This document shows positions 37,447 through 49,800 of a DNA stretch of 61,494 nucleotides, piece after piece (the stretch's first letter is position 1; the number at the start of each line of letters is the position of its first letter). Both the position numbers and the translations under genes were made by a program. Below the pieces are notes generated by a model that saw nothing but the letters and a program-made list of their open reading frames with translations, was not told where the DNA came from and ran no database searches. This DNA comes from Gekko japonicus (Eukaryota). The stretch is from positions 1,017,259 to 1,078,752 of the forward strand of contig NW_015160224.1 in NCBI RefSeq assembly GCF_001447785.1. Reading direction: 5' to 3'.

Positions 37447-37648
37447 TAATGCTCCCTCTAAGCTGTGGAGTCTTGTGAACAAAAATTCTACTTTGTGAGC
37501 TTGGGGTATTCAAGTTGTGAGTGAGCGATTTGGCTGCTGCATCAATTAGTCTGGAGCCCTCCTTCCTGAGCGGAGACAAAAAATCTGTGAGCTGGAGGCT
37601 AAAAACCTGTGAGCTGGCTCACACTAACTCAGCTTGGAGGGAATACTG
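37447..37648. mobile_element. hAT-type MITE, family A
   Basis: Perfect 8-bp TSD GCAGCAAC at 37439-37446 and 37649-37656. Confidence 0.88.
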
Positions 37649-37701
37649 GCAGCAACTAGATGGAGCATCCAAACAGCACCACAGGTATAGAGAGCTGGAG
37701 G

Positions 37702-38980
37702 CACAAATCCATCCAGCAAGAGATGGTTGATTTTCTGGCGGCATACAAATTCCATAAATGGGCAACCAGTCACAAACTTCACAAGCTTCAGAAGGAAATA
37801 ATACCAAGGCTTCTATCTGCTGGTATTGCCCATTCATAGAATTTGTATACTTTCCTAAGGGATGTTTTTCTGATATGTCTATATCCCAGATTTTGTTTGT
37901 GGAAAATTGTAATAGTTATTACTGAAGAAGATTTTTGAAACAAAGTTATTAATATCCGGAAGCTTAGTTTTCTACTGACTTGAATCATCTGACCTATATT
38001 TGACTCCTCTACAACAGCTTTGTTGCCACTTATGTGTTATTTTTATTGACTTATGAATTGATTATACACCCGACTTATCTGAAATTGCTTAACACTTGTC
38101 CTATGTGCTATGTAATATTTGCCTTTTTGTATGCATCATGTAATATTGGTTTTATTTATTTATATATTAGCTTTTGCTATATTCAGTGTCCTTTTTACAC
38201 AGCTTTGCTTTGCCTTTGCTGTGTGATTGCTTATTGTTTACACATATTGTTTTGATCATGAGGAGGGGGGGGGCACTGCCAAGCACAGACTTGGGACAGC
38301 TGCGAGGAACGGGGCTCGTTTGACCATTCCTTCACAGGGGCATTTTGCCACACAAGATAAGGGGGGGGGGTGATCCTGAAATCCCACCCCCTTGAACCAG
38401 GAGGAGACTTGGGTAGGCAGAGCTGGCCGAATCAGTTGGGTGTCGTTTGGAGTAGCAACTCTTTTTTGGGGGGAGGGGGGAGCCAGTTGCCACCAATGCT
38501 CCCTCTAAGCTGCGGAGTCTTGTGAGCAAAAATTCTACTTGGTGAGCTTCTGGGCATTAAAGCTAGCACAAATCCATCCGGCAAGAGATGCTCTCTGATT
38601 TTCTGGCGGCATACAAATTCCATAAATGGGCAACCAGTCACAAACTTCACAAGCTTCAGAAGGAAATAATACCAAGGCTTCTATCTGCTGGTATTGCCCA
38701 TTCATAGAATTTGTATACTTTCCTAAGGGATGTTTTTCTGATATGTATATATCCCAGATTTTGTTTGTGGAAAATTGTAATAGTTATTACTGAAGAAGAT
38801 TTTTGAAACAAAGTTATTAATATCCGGAAGCTTAGTTTTCTACTGACTTGAATCATCTGACCTATATTTGACTCCTCTACAACAGCTTTGTTGCCACTTA
38901 TGTGTTATTTTTATTGACTTATGAATTGATTATACACCCGACTTATCTGAAATTGCTTAACACTTGTCCTATGTGCTATG
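37702..38980 (+). repeat. ~410-bp near-identical direct duplication (37702-38111 and 38567-38980)
   Basis: CACAAATCCATCC...CACTTGTCCTATGTGCTATG occurs twice with very few differences. Confidence 0.9.
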
Positions 38981-40189
38981 CCGGCCTGGCGGGCTCCCCC
39001 CCCCCTACATTTTACTGACAGTAGGCTGGGAGAGATATTAATTAAAAGGGTAATGTTAATAGCAGTCCTGAGGAGCATGTGTTCTATTGCAGCTTCACAC
39101 ACATTAAGACCAGACAAGGTATAATCCCAAACAGACATCACACACCAGCAGCCACATACACAGTGCTGCCCGTGCTTGCCGTCTACCATCAAGACAAGTC
39201 ATTGATTGCCCCCCCCCTGGAGCCTGCCATCCCTACCCCCATTCAGCCCCAGCTCCCTCCCTTCACCTCACGCTGCACCACTTGTGCTTCTACTCAGAAG
39301 TAAGGAAGGAAGGGTTCTTTTAAAAATTATGCTCCTCAAAAAATTTAAATGCCCCCCCAAAAAATAAACCCTGGCTACAGGCCTGGGGAGAACCCTCTCC
39401 CAGCTCCAGGTAGGCAGGCAAGCCGTAGCACCAGGCCACGCCTTCTCTGCCTTCCAACCAGCCGGCCAGCAGGGCTTCCAGCCCGGCCCCGATTCAAGCC
39501 CCTCTTTGCTGCTCCGCGCTGCAGAGTCAGATGATGAGGCTGTGGGGGAAGGCAAGGAGAGGCCTGCAAGGCTGCTGGCTGGCAGACAGGGAAAGGGCGG
39601 CGGCAGAGAGTCCTCCAGGCAGCCCAGAGAGTCCCGGCCCAGGCGGCCTGCGCTGCCAAGGAAGTTGTGAGGCCTTAGCAGGAAAAGGCTGGGCGGGCTG
39701 GGCTTGTTACTCCCGGAATGTCGTTCCTGCTCGAAATGACCCCTGATGCCACTGATAAATTCTCTTTGAACCAGAAGTGTTCCTATTCTAAACCTAAACT
39801 CTCATTCTTTCAGCAGCGGAAAACATCGCATGTCTTGGATGGCGCAAATCAGCATTCTGGGTGGAGCTCTGTACCAACCGGCCCCATCCCACTTATGGCC
39901 CAGTTTTGGCGGGAAAGGTCAAGGCTGTAGCCACTTCCTTGAGGGTTCCAGGTGAAGGAGTAAAACCCCTAGGTAAGGGGGACTTTCTGTGTGGTTTGAT
40001 AGGAAGTTTTTGTTAATACATCATGCTCCTTCCTGATGCCATCAAGCCTCACCGCCTAACTTATCTGCTGATGGCTCTTTGCATTTGCAGCTAAGCTCCA
40101 AGTGCCTGCCAATGCTGGACTCCAAAGTGAAAGTGCAGACACAGCTGGGTGAACGCTCTCTCTTTTCACTTCTTTTTATAGAGAGCAGA

Positions 40190-40385
40190 GAGGCCGTGGC
40201 TCAGGGCTAGAGCATCCTCTTGGCATGCAGAAAGTCCTGGGTTCAATCCTTAGCATCTCCAGTAGTTAAAAGGACTGGATAAGTGTGTGATGTAAGACCC
40301 TGGAGAGTTGCTGCCGGTCAGAGTAGACGAGACGGATCGTGATAAATCAGTGGTCTGACTCAGCAAGGCAGCATCATGTGTCCAT
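40190..40385 (+). mobile_element. tRNA/CR1-tail SINE
   Basis: Same family as 42645. Confidence 0.7.
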
Positions 40386-40689
40386 GTTTTTTTTAAAAAG
40401 AACATTTATATCCAAGTTTTCTATTAAAAATACTCAAGGAAACTTACAAAAATGTTTAAAGCCTCACAAAAGCAATATCAAACAAATAGCACCTACTGAA
40501 ACCTCTTAAAATGACCAAAGAATTGGCTTTACTATAAAAGGCCTTCTGGAATAAGAAAGTTCTCAGCTGACGCCAGAAGGTCTCTAATGGTGGTGGAACC
40601 GTCTGCAGTGCAAGGGGGACTGGGCTCCTCGGGGCAGGGGTGGCCCTCCAGAAAGCCCATGGCCAAGTCTGTACAAAGGTGAAAACCAA

Positions 40690-41240
40690 GGTGGATCGTG
40701 AAGAGCGACAGGAAGAGCTCTCTAGAGTGGGTGGATGGGGAACCCTGTGGCAAGTAAAGTTCAGCACCGGCAAGTGTAAAATGATGTTCGCTGGGGGTGG
40801 GGGGATCCTCACTCCAAATACATGCCAAGCTGATGGGGTCTGAACTGGCCAGGCCTGAGGGAGAAAGAGATCTTGGGGTTATAGAGAAAAGCTCAATGAA
40901 AATGTCAATCCAGTGGGAGGCAGTGGTGAAAAAGGCAAATTCCACGCTGGGGATTTTTTGGAATAGGATAGGAAAATAACGTGGCCAGTAATGTGGTGCC
41001 CGGCTGCAGACTAATGGTGCAGCCTCATTAGAAGTTTGTACTGTTCTGGTCCCCGTATCTCAAGGTTATGGCAGAGCTGGAAAAAGCACAGAAGGGGGCG
41101 ACCGAGACGCTGAAGGAGTCGCAGCTGTTTTCCTGTGAGGAAAAGGGACTCTTTTTGAAAATTAGATGAAAAGGTAACTAAATGGGCACATGGTAGAGAT
41201 TTATACAATTATGAACCAGGTAGAGAAAGTAGATAGCAAG
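40690..41240 (+). mobile_element. Degenerate CR1 RT C-terminal fragment
   Basis: WQVKFSTGKCKMM; ERDLGVI...KKANSTLGI. Confidence 0.75.
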
Positions 41241-41361
41241 AACTCCAAAGCATCCCTTTTCTCCAGGGGAACTGATCCCTGTCGTCTGGAGATGAGCTGT
41301 AATTCCAGGGGATCCCCAGGCCCCACCTGGAGGCTGGCATCCCTGAAAAAGGAAAGAAGGT

Positions 41362-41645
41362 GATGATGAAGAAGAAGAGAAGGAGGAGGAGGAGGAGGAG
41401 ATTGGATTTATACCCCGCCCTTTGTTCAGAGCAGCTTACAAACTCCTTTCCCTTCCCCTTCCCCTCCCCACAACAGGCACCCTGTGAGGTAAGCAGGGCT
41501 GAGAGAGCTCTTTCCAGAACTGTCCTTGAGAGAACAGCTCTGACTGGCCCAGGGTCATCCAGGAGCTGCGACTGGAGGAGTGGGGAATCAAACCTGGTTC
41601 TCCCAGATTAGAGTCCACACACTTCACCACTACACCAAACCGGCT
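41362..41645 (-). mobile_element. Squam3/CORE-like SINE
   Basis: Same family as 7260; GAA/GGA-repeat tail. Confidence 0.8.
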
Positions 41646-42644
41646 CCCACTACACCAAAGATCCTCTTTGACAACTCAAAAAAGGGTGTGCTGAGAATCA
41701 TGCAGTCTGCACAAACGCGATGCAGGATGGAGGCTATGAGGTGGAGGAGAGCTGGGTGAGATTGAGTGGGAAAACTGGCTGGATCCAACCCGTACATTTA
41801 AAAGATTGGAGGGGGAGGGGGAAGGACCTGCATCACATTTGGCCAAATGGATTACGGTAATCTGATTGCATTTATGAAAGTTGTAGACAAATTGAAAATC
41901 CGCCCGTTAACAACAACAGTTATTGTCACTAGTCAACAAGCACAAACCAAACAACTCACTGGGGGGGGGGGTCTGCAGGGTGTGACCCTGGCATCTTGGC
42001 CATCTGGGGCCGAAGGTACCATAAATGCCTTACAGGTTCCTAAACTCATCTTTGATGGGTCTATTTTTATGACACATATATAATATGAATCTACTTGTGT
42101 GATGGGAGATTGCAAAGAATCTGCAAGGGAAGGCCAAGCACAGCTAGGACATCTCTTCCTGCGAATCTGCGATAATTCTCAGGTTTGCAGCAGTGTCAAA
42201 AAGTGAAAAAAATAATGGGAGTTTAAAATTTGGCAGGCGTTTTAAGTTGCCTAGCAACCCACGATGCCAGTCTAAAAAGACCTTTAGAAAAATAGTGGGG
42301 CCAGGTTTTTCCTCCCCACAGAACTGCAAGGGGGGGGGACACCAAATTCCAGACTGCGAGGAAAGTCATTTGTAGATTGATTTGCTGCTGTTCTCCCTAA
42401 TGGGACCCAAAGCAGCTTGGCCTAGGCTGGCTCAGGGCGGCTTTGTAGATGGACAACTGTACCTGGTACAAAACTATTTAAAAAAACCCTGTACTCTGGG
42501 GCCAGTGACCCCAGGGAACCTGCCACAGGCTATGAGCCAAGGACCAGGGCCTTTTGATCCTCACCCCTTGGGTTATGCCCACTTGAGGCAGGAAGAGGAA
42601 ACAAAGATACAACTGAGATGTCGCAGGGAACAGCAATGGAGGTG

Positions 42645-42855
42645 AGGGGCTGTGGCTCAGTGGCAGAGCCTCTGCTCGACATGCAGAAAGTCCCAGGTTT
42701 GATCCCTGGCATCTCCAGCTAAAAGGACCAGGCACTGCAGCAGGTGATGGGAGAGACCTCTACCCAAGGCCCTGAAGAGCCGCTGCCAGTCCAAATAGAC
42801 AGTCCTGACCTGGATGGACCAGGGGTCTGATTCAGTAGAAGGCAGCTTCATGTGT
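42645..42855 (+). mobile_element. tRNA/CR1-tail SINE
   Basis: GGGGCTGTGGCTCAGTGGCAGAGC...GGTTTGATCCC head; tail GATGGACCAGGGGTCTGATTCAGTAGAAGGCAGCTTCATGTG. Confidence 0.8.
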
Positions 42856-43702
42856 CCAGCAAGTCTTGTAATCTGCTCTCTCCGTCCCCTGATGGTCACC
42901 CTGGACAGCCATATAGTTATTGATTTTTGTGTTGGATCTGAGTCGTACGAGGGGAGAGAGGGAGATGGTCACGGGCCCAGAAGCCACTAAAGACTGTGGG
43001 GTCTCACTGGCTGAAGAAGAGCTGTATTTTACCAACCCACCCAGCACATTTCAATCTCTACAGATGCGATCTTAACAGATTGTCATAGGAAATGCTGATG
43101 TTAAACATAGGTGGGAAAAGGTGTCCCCAGTGTGGAAGCGGCAGTGATTGGGGTAGAGTCTCACAAGGGTGGCGTCTGCAGGCACTGTGCCCTCACCGCT
43201 CACCGCTCACCGCCACCTCCACTCCCACCGTATTCCTGCCCCTCCTCTGTTACGCTGACACAGAAGTGCCGGCTCTGGCTTGGGGAACTCCAGGAGATTT
43301 GGAGGGGAAGCCAGGGGAACATAGGGCCTGGGGAGGGGGGGGCCACAGTGGGGTACATAATGCCACAGAGTCCACCCTCCAAAGCAGCCATTTTCTCCAG
43401 GGGAACTGATCTCTATAGCCTGGAGAGGAGTCGTAATTCCGGGAGCCCCACCTGGAGGATGGCAACCCTCCCCAGCAGCCTCCCCCCTCTCCCCAAAGCC
43501 CTTCCCTGCCTGACAGCTGAGCCACGGTGCGCAGAGCACTGGAGCTTAGCTTGGGGGAGCCATCAAAGGGTTCAGAGGGGAGTCTGGGATCAGTGGCGGT
43601 GGCAATACCAGGTCATTTCAGGCACTGCACGGAAAGGTCTTTTGCCCGCCTCCCTCAATGATCATGTGTCCTTCAAATGCAAAGAACAAAAATTGACCTT
43701 CA

Positions 43703-45047
43703 GGAGACTTCTGGTTTATGGCGACATGCAGGCAGATACATCTCCCGGATGTCCCAGGGATGCAAACTGCACACCAGCGTGTAGGAGGGAGTGTGACGGT
43801 CGCGACCCCCCCAGAGCCTTGGGGGGCTGAGTCAGGTTGAAGTGAACATGAAGATTTAAAAAGATAGCTGCCGCCCTTAAAGAGTGACGGGAAGCGAGCG
43901 GGGGAGGGGCCCCTCCCAAACGCATAAACGAAAACACGGACTAAAGAGGGGGGAGCGGAAAAAAATAAACGTTTGAAACTGTTTTAAGAGACTTACCAGA
44001 GTGCAGATAAGCATTTGGGCAAAAATCAGAGACTTTAGCAACTTTTTGATAAGTAAACAAATCCAAAAAGATGGCGGGGAAGAAACCGGAGAAAGAAAAA
44101 CTTTTGAAAGTGAAACTAGTGGGTAGTCCTTGAACGGAAGAGACCACTGAGCTTTCAAAAATGTTGGCAGNNNNNNNNNNNNNNNNNNNNNNNNNNNNNN
44201 NNNNNNNNNNNNNNNNNNNNNNNNNNNNNNNNNNNNNNNNNNNNNNNNNNNNNNNNNNNNNNNNNNNNNNNNNNNNNNNNNNNNNNNNNNNNNNNNNNNN
44301 NNNNNNNNNNNNNNNNNNNNNNNNNNNNNNNNNNNNNNNNNNNNNNNNNNNNNNNNNNNNNNNNNNNNNNNNNNNNNNNNNNNNNNNNNNNNNNNNNNNN
44401 NNNNNNNNNNNNNNNNNNNNNNNNNNNNNNNNNNNNNNNNNNNNNNNNNNNNNNNNNNNNNNNNNNNNNNNNNNNNNNNNNNNNNNNNNNNNNNNNNNNN
44501 NNNNNNNNNNNNNNNNNNNNNNNNNNNNNNNNNNNNNNNNNNNNNNNNNNNNNNNNNNNNNNNNNNNNNNNNNNNNNNNNNNNNNNNNNNNNNNNNNNNN
44601 NNNNNNNNNNNNNNNNNNNNNNNNNNNNNNNNNNNNNNNNNNNNNNNNNNNNNNNNNNNNNNNNNNNNNNNNNNNNNNNNNNNNNNNNNNNNNNNNNNNN
44701 NNNNNNNNNNNNNNNNNNNNNNNNNNNNNNNNNNNNNNNNNNNNNNNNNNNNNNNNNNNNNNNNNNNNNNNNNNNNNNNNNNNNNNNNNNNNNNNNNNAG
44801 TTAAAAGTATAGTTAAAAGAGAATTAACTTAGCATAACCGACTATGTTCATTGTTTTATTAGCTTTTTATTTAAAAAAAATAACATTGACTTAAGCTGAT
44901 GTAATGATCTCCTACTCTTGGGTTTTTAGTTTGTAGTGGGTCTTTTTTCTTTCTCCTAGATGTAGTTCCCCTTCCCATATTTTCGGTTGTAGTTTGTAGT
45001 CTGTAAAAAATCAATTAAAAATTCCCCTCAGGGGGATAAAAAAAAAA
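43703..45047 (+). mobile_element. L1-like element with 5' end, poly(A) and TSD (gap inside)
   Basis: Starts GGAGACTTCTGGTTTATGGCG; AAGATGGCG at a putative ORF1 start; ATTAAA plus A-tail; TSD aaaaattgaccttca / aaaaaccgaccttca. Confidence 0.6.
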
Positions 45048-45300
45048 CCGACCTTCAACGAGCTTCCCTTGTTCCATCTTCCCCCCCCCCCTCCACAGAT
45101 AAACTCATCGGGTTGCAACCTGATTCTCTGCATACTTTACCTACAGGCAAGTCCCATGGGGCTCAGGAGGGCTTACTAGCTGCAATCAGGGGGGGTGGGG
45201 AGCTGCGGAACCTCTGAGCTGGAGTCCTGGACTTCCACCCCACAGCCAAGCCTGATGGCACCATTCATCTCTTCACGAGCATGTGGGTGGGGGTCTCCTT

Positions 45301-45597
45301 CCAGTTTGGTGTAGTGGTTAAGTGTGCGGACTCTAATCTGGGAGAACCGGGTTTGATTCCCCACTCCTCCTCTTGCACCTGGCTGGGTGACCTTGGGCAA
45401 GCCGCAGTTCTGATAAGAGCTGTTCTTGAAAAAGAGCAGTTTCTGTCAAGAGCTTCTCTCAGCCCCGCCTACCTCACAAGGGTACCTGTTGTGGGAAGGG
45501 GGAGGGAAAGGAGTTTGTAAGCCGCTCTGAGACACCTTTGGGTAGTGAAGGGCGGGGTATAAATCCAATCTCCTCTTCTCCTCCTCCTCCTCCTCCA
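45301..45597 (+). mobile_element. Squam3/CORE-like SINE with (CCT)n tail
   Basis: CCAGTTTGGTGTAGTGGTTAAG head; TGTAAGCCGCTCTGAG...GGGTATAAATCCAATCTCCTCTT tail. Confidence 0.85.
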
Positions 45598-45741
45598 GGT
45601 GCCCCGTTCACCATGAAGACGGAGGCCTTTTCCTCCCCTTCTCTGTTTGGGGGACTGAGCTAGGAGCAGGAGGTTCCACCCCTGTAGAAACAGTGAAGAT
45701 GTTCCCTCAGGGCTCATTTGCTGGCAGGTATGGTTCCTGCC

Positions 45742-46097
45742 GTGGAGCTGCGGTGGCTCAAGTGGTTAAGATGCTGAACTGCAGGCTGTGGAAGGTCAGT
45801 AGTTCAGCGGTTCAAGACCCGGGTGCCGCAAGACAGGGTGAGCTCCTGTCTCTAGTTCCAGCTCCTGCCAACCTAGCAGTTCGAAAGCAAGAAATTGCAA
45901 GTAGATAAATAGGTACCACTCCGGTGGGAAGGTAACAGCGTTCTGTGCGCCTTGGTGTTTAGTCATGCCGGCCACATGACCACGGAAACGTCTTCGGACA
46001 GCGCTGGCTCTTCGGCTTTCAAACGGAGATGAGCACCGCAACCGTAGTGTCGGATTCGACTGGCTTTCGAGCAAGGGAACCTTTACCTTTACCTTTT
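45742..46097 (+). mobile_element. Full-length Sauria SINE
   Basis: tRNA head, CAACCTAGCAGTTCGAAAGCA...GTAGATAAATAGGTACC body, (ACCTTT)n tail, perfect 13-bp TSD TATGGTTCCTGCC at 45729-45741 and 46098-46110. Confidence 0.92.
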
Positions 46098-46983
46098 TAT
46101 GGTTCCTGCCACCTCATGTCGCATTCGTCAAGTTCGGGATCAAAGCCTTGATATCTTAAAATAATGCAAAATGTTGTTACATCAAATTATTCCCAAGCTC
46201 AGCGTAGCATTTAAATAGATGACCTACATTGCTGGTTCAATGAAAAGGCCGGGTCTGCTGCTCCCCAACATTGGCAGGGTGGGTCTTCTCTCCGCCCTCC
46301 CTCCCTCCCTCTGTTGTTATAGTGTATTTACAGTAATTTGTATTAGCAGAGGGAAATTAGCTGCTGGTGGTCCAGGCGTTTAACACTGAAGTCCTTTTTA
46401 TTTGACAATATGCTGATTTATTGGGAACAGATTTCCCTTTACTGCATTTATAATTTATCGTGAGGGGGGAGAACCCAGCCCATTCACAAACACTTGCCTG
46501 TGCAGACAGACTTTCCTCCACTTGATAATTAAATGGGACCATTTGTGCAGGAGAGAGGGTGTGTGTGTGTCAAAGTGAAAGCTAACAGATTCATGCCCAG
46601 ATTCTTGAATCTTACATTTTGCACCTGAATTTTGCACATGGAAATTTGTATCTGAGGACTGAAAGCTGGTATCTAAACAGATGTTCAGATATTCATTTAT
46701 CCTTGAAATATAGGCATTTGTTTATCCTTTAAATGCCAGGAGGGACTTTGTTCTTTGGCTTAGAGTTACACAAGGGAAAAAATGTCATTGTCCGAACAAA
46801 GTGGGATTCAAATACTTCTCACCAGCATGTGAAATGGCAAGCTGGGGACTGCACGGTGCTTTAGTTTTCATGTGCATGAATCCACATACATGTGCATGAG
46901 CAGCAAGAGGCAGCCATCCTGTTCTCCACACACACCCCACCTGACTCAAAGAATTAACTGCTAGAGAATGGAGGGGTTGAGGC

Positions 46984-47189
46984 CAGTGCTCCCTCTAAGC
47001 TGTGGAGTCTTGTGAGCAAAAATTCTACTTTGTGAGCTCCAGGCATTAAAGTTGTGAGTGAGCAATTGGGCCGCTAGATAAATCGGTTTGCTCTGGAGCC
47101 CTCCTTCCTGAGCTGAGACAAAAATGTGTGAGCTGGAGGCTAAAAAACTGTGAGCTAGCTCACACTAACTCAGCTTAGAGGGAACACTG
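46984..47189. mobile_element. hAT-type MITE, family A
   Basis: CAGTGCTCCCTCTAAGCTG...CAGCTTAGAGGGAACACTG; TSD gttgaggc/gtcgaggc. Confidence 0.9.
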
Positions 47190-47694
47190 GTCGAGGCTTA
47201 ACCCCAGAGGTGGCAACTCATGCAATCAAATATTTTTAATACGGCAACCTCAGAAGGACAAAATAAGGACAGGAATTTACTTGAGATAGGAGGACCAGAA
47301 AATAGGGATGATCCCTGGCAAAACAGAGATATTTGGAATTACTGACTATGGCTCAGTTATGCCGTAACGGTTAAGGGATCCTGACTTGCCTGTCAGTTGA
47401 GAGCATGTCGGTAGGATGCAGAGATGGCTGGTTCTTTACAAGGTAAACCGTGTGGAATGGAACCCAGACCACTCCTGTCCTACAACATGCTCCCCCCCCC
47501 CAGCCCTTTACAATGTGCCATTGCTTCATCTCGGAAGTCAGAGTTTCCAGCCGGACTGCAGCTGATCTGACTGGACCCTCCTGTGGCTCCACCTCAATGC
47601 TGCTCACCTACTCAGGGCTCAAAAGTGCCAAGCCTCTCCCTTCTACTGACCTGGCTGGCTCTAGCCCAGAACAGAGGGTCCCTGAACGAAGGAG

Positions 47695-48180
47695 GGTGGC
47701 CCATCTCCAGGTGGGGTCTGGAATTACAGCTGCTCTCCAGAGGACAAGGGGTCAGTCCCCCCCCTTGGAGAAAACAGCTGCTTTGGAGGGGGGACTCCAA
47801 GGAATGATACCCCAGGCTCGACCCCCATATTTCCAGTGACCGACCCACCCGGAGATGGTAGCCTTAGCAGCAACCCGCTCCGACACCCTTCCTGCACAGG
47901 GGCCAAGGGTTTGGAGTGCACTGTGTTCAGGCAGGGCAGCTAGGGTTGCCAGCCCCCCGCCAGGCACTGGCAGGGGAGGAGGACTTAGGGTTGCCAGATC
48001 CAGGCTGGGAAACTCCTGGAGATTTGGGGGTGGAGCCTGGGGAGGACAGGGACCTCAGTGCGAGGTACAATGCCACAGAGTCCACCCTCCGAAGCATCCA
48101 TTTTCTCCAGGGAAACTGATCTCTGGAGCTGAGCTGTAATTGGGGGGGGGGGGTGCCACCTGGAGGCTGGCATCTCTAAG
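47695..48180. mobile_element. Cluster of TAGGGTTGCCA-terminus (hAT-like) MITEs
   Basis: Related copies at ~35005, 41255, 43270, 50878, 51715 and 61150 share CAGTTCCCCTGGAGAAAATGGCTGCTTTGGAGGG. Confidence 0.6.
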
Positions 48181-48974
48181 GGCAACGGACATCCTGGGAG
48201 GCGCAGGCTGGAGCAGCTGCCCTCAACCTGAGCTGCACCCGCCAGCTGCTTGGCCCATTGACGCCCGACAGCCCGCCCCAGCTCTGGAACAGATGCAGTG
48301 CTTATCTCCCCCCCCCCCCCCAAGGAAGCAGAGTCAGTTGCTAAGCTGATGCTGACGGGGACTGCGGCCTCCTCCTTTCCAGCTGTGAGCTTCCCCTGGC
48401 TGCTTAGATGAGCATTCTGCTCCTTCCCTTATCTCTCAAGGAAATCCTCTTTCAAGGAGTTTTAGCAAAACCAGCCCTCTGATCTCTCTCATTATTCCAC
48501 TCCCTGGGGCCAGCCGGCTCTCTAATCTGAGCCCAGCTCTCCTGCAGGTGCTCCCCCCCCCCCCCCGGGGGGTTAAACTGCCCTCCCCACGATGATCCTG
48601 CCCCTTGCTTGCCCCAGTGCCCTGCTGGACTTGCATTCGGAGTCAGGATCCTTGGGCTGCACTATTCACAGGGAGGGTAGTGAACGTCTCCACAGCCCAG
48701 CCAGGATTGCAGCCTCCCCAAAGTCCTTCTACCTGCTTCTTCTCCTCCTCCTCTTCCTCCTCCTCCTCTTCATTGTATTATTAAACGAAGGGGACCCAAA
48801 GGGGCTTACACTATTCTCTTCTCCTCCATTTTATCCTCACAGCAACATTGTGGGGTAGGCTAGGGTGAGATCATGTGACTGGTCCAAGGGTCAGCCTGCC
48901 AGCTTCCGTGGCAGAGCAGGGATTCAAAGCCACATCTCCCAGTTCCTCGTCCAGCCCTCTGGCCACCGTGTGTG

Positions 48975-49800
48975 TCTGAGCGTCAGGGGCCATCGAGTCG
49001 CTTTCGACTTACAGCGGCCCGATGAATTCATGTCCTCCAAAACATCCCCTCATTCACAGCCTTGACCGGGTCTCGCAGACTGAGGGCCTTCGGGGCTTCA
49101 TTCAGTTCATCTCCTGTTGGGTCTTCCTCTTTTCTTCCTGCCCTCAACTTTTCCTAGCCTTGTTTTCTTTTCCAGCAAGTCTCGCCTTCTCATAATATCA
49201 CCAAAGTGGAACGAGCTCCCAGAGGAGATCCGGGCCCTGCGGGACTTGGCACAGTTCCGCAGGGCCTGTAAGACGGAGCTCTTCCGCCAGGCCTTTGCAT
49301 AGGAGCTGCTGCCGCCATTGTGCCACCACCGAGTTGCCATCTATGACGGTGGATTAGATCTATAAGTGAACCGGCCCTGGGAAGACGCCTAGATGACCAA
49401 AGAACTTATGTTGTCAGGCTAGGTTGATAAAAGGATCCCATCTTGGAGAGATAAGTTAATATCTAGAGCACCGCACTTTATTTATTGATTGCTTTATACT
49501 GTTTTAACTGTTTGTTATGGCACTTGCCGCTGTTGGAAGCCGCCCTGAGCCCATCTGGGGAGGGCGGGATACAAATCTAACAAATAAATAAATAAATAAA
49601 TAAATAGCCTCGGATGAGTCATTTTAGCTTCTAGAGAGAGCTCAGGCTTGATTTGATCTAGAACACCCTTATTTGTCTTTCTGGCACTCCACGGCATCTG
49701 TTAAATTCTCCCCCAACGCCACATTTAAAATGAATCAACTTTCTTCCTGTCAGCTTTCTTCCCCCTTGTACATAGTAACGGGGAACCCTATGGCATGAAT
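48975..49800 (-). mobile_element. RTE/BovB-like LINE 3' fragment interrupted by L2
   Basis: PWSARKTNKGVLDQIKPELSLEAKMT and FGDIMRR..LEK...LGKVEGRKKRGRP motifs. Confidence 0.8.
49206..49606 (+). mobile_element. L2 3' fragment with (AAAT)n tail
   Basis: WNELPEEIRALRDLAQFRRACKTELFRQAF; AGCCGCCCTGAGCC...GGGCGGGATACAAAT(AAAT)n. Confidence 0.8.

Noticed and set aside
36652-39745. CAGGGGTCATTTC...GAAATGACCCCTG as one 3-kb composite transposon
   Set aside because: The flanks show no matching TSD; more likely separate, gap-broken copies
42645-42720. tRNA-like sequences here and at 45301 and 58350 as tRNA genes
   Set aside because: They are SINE heads that continue into repeat bodies and tails
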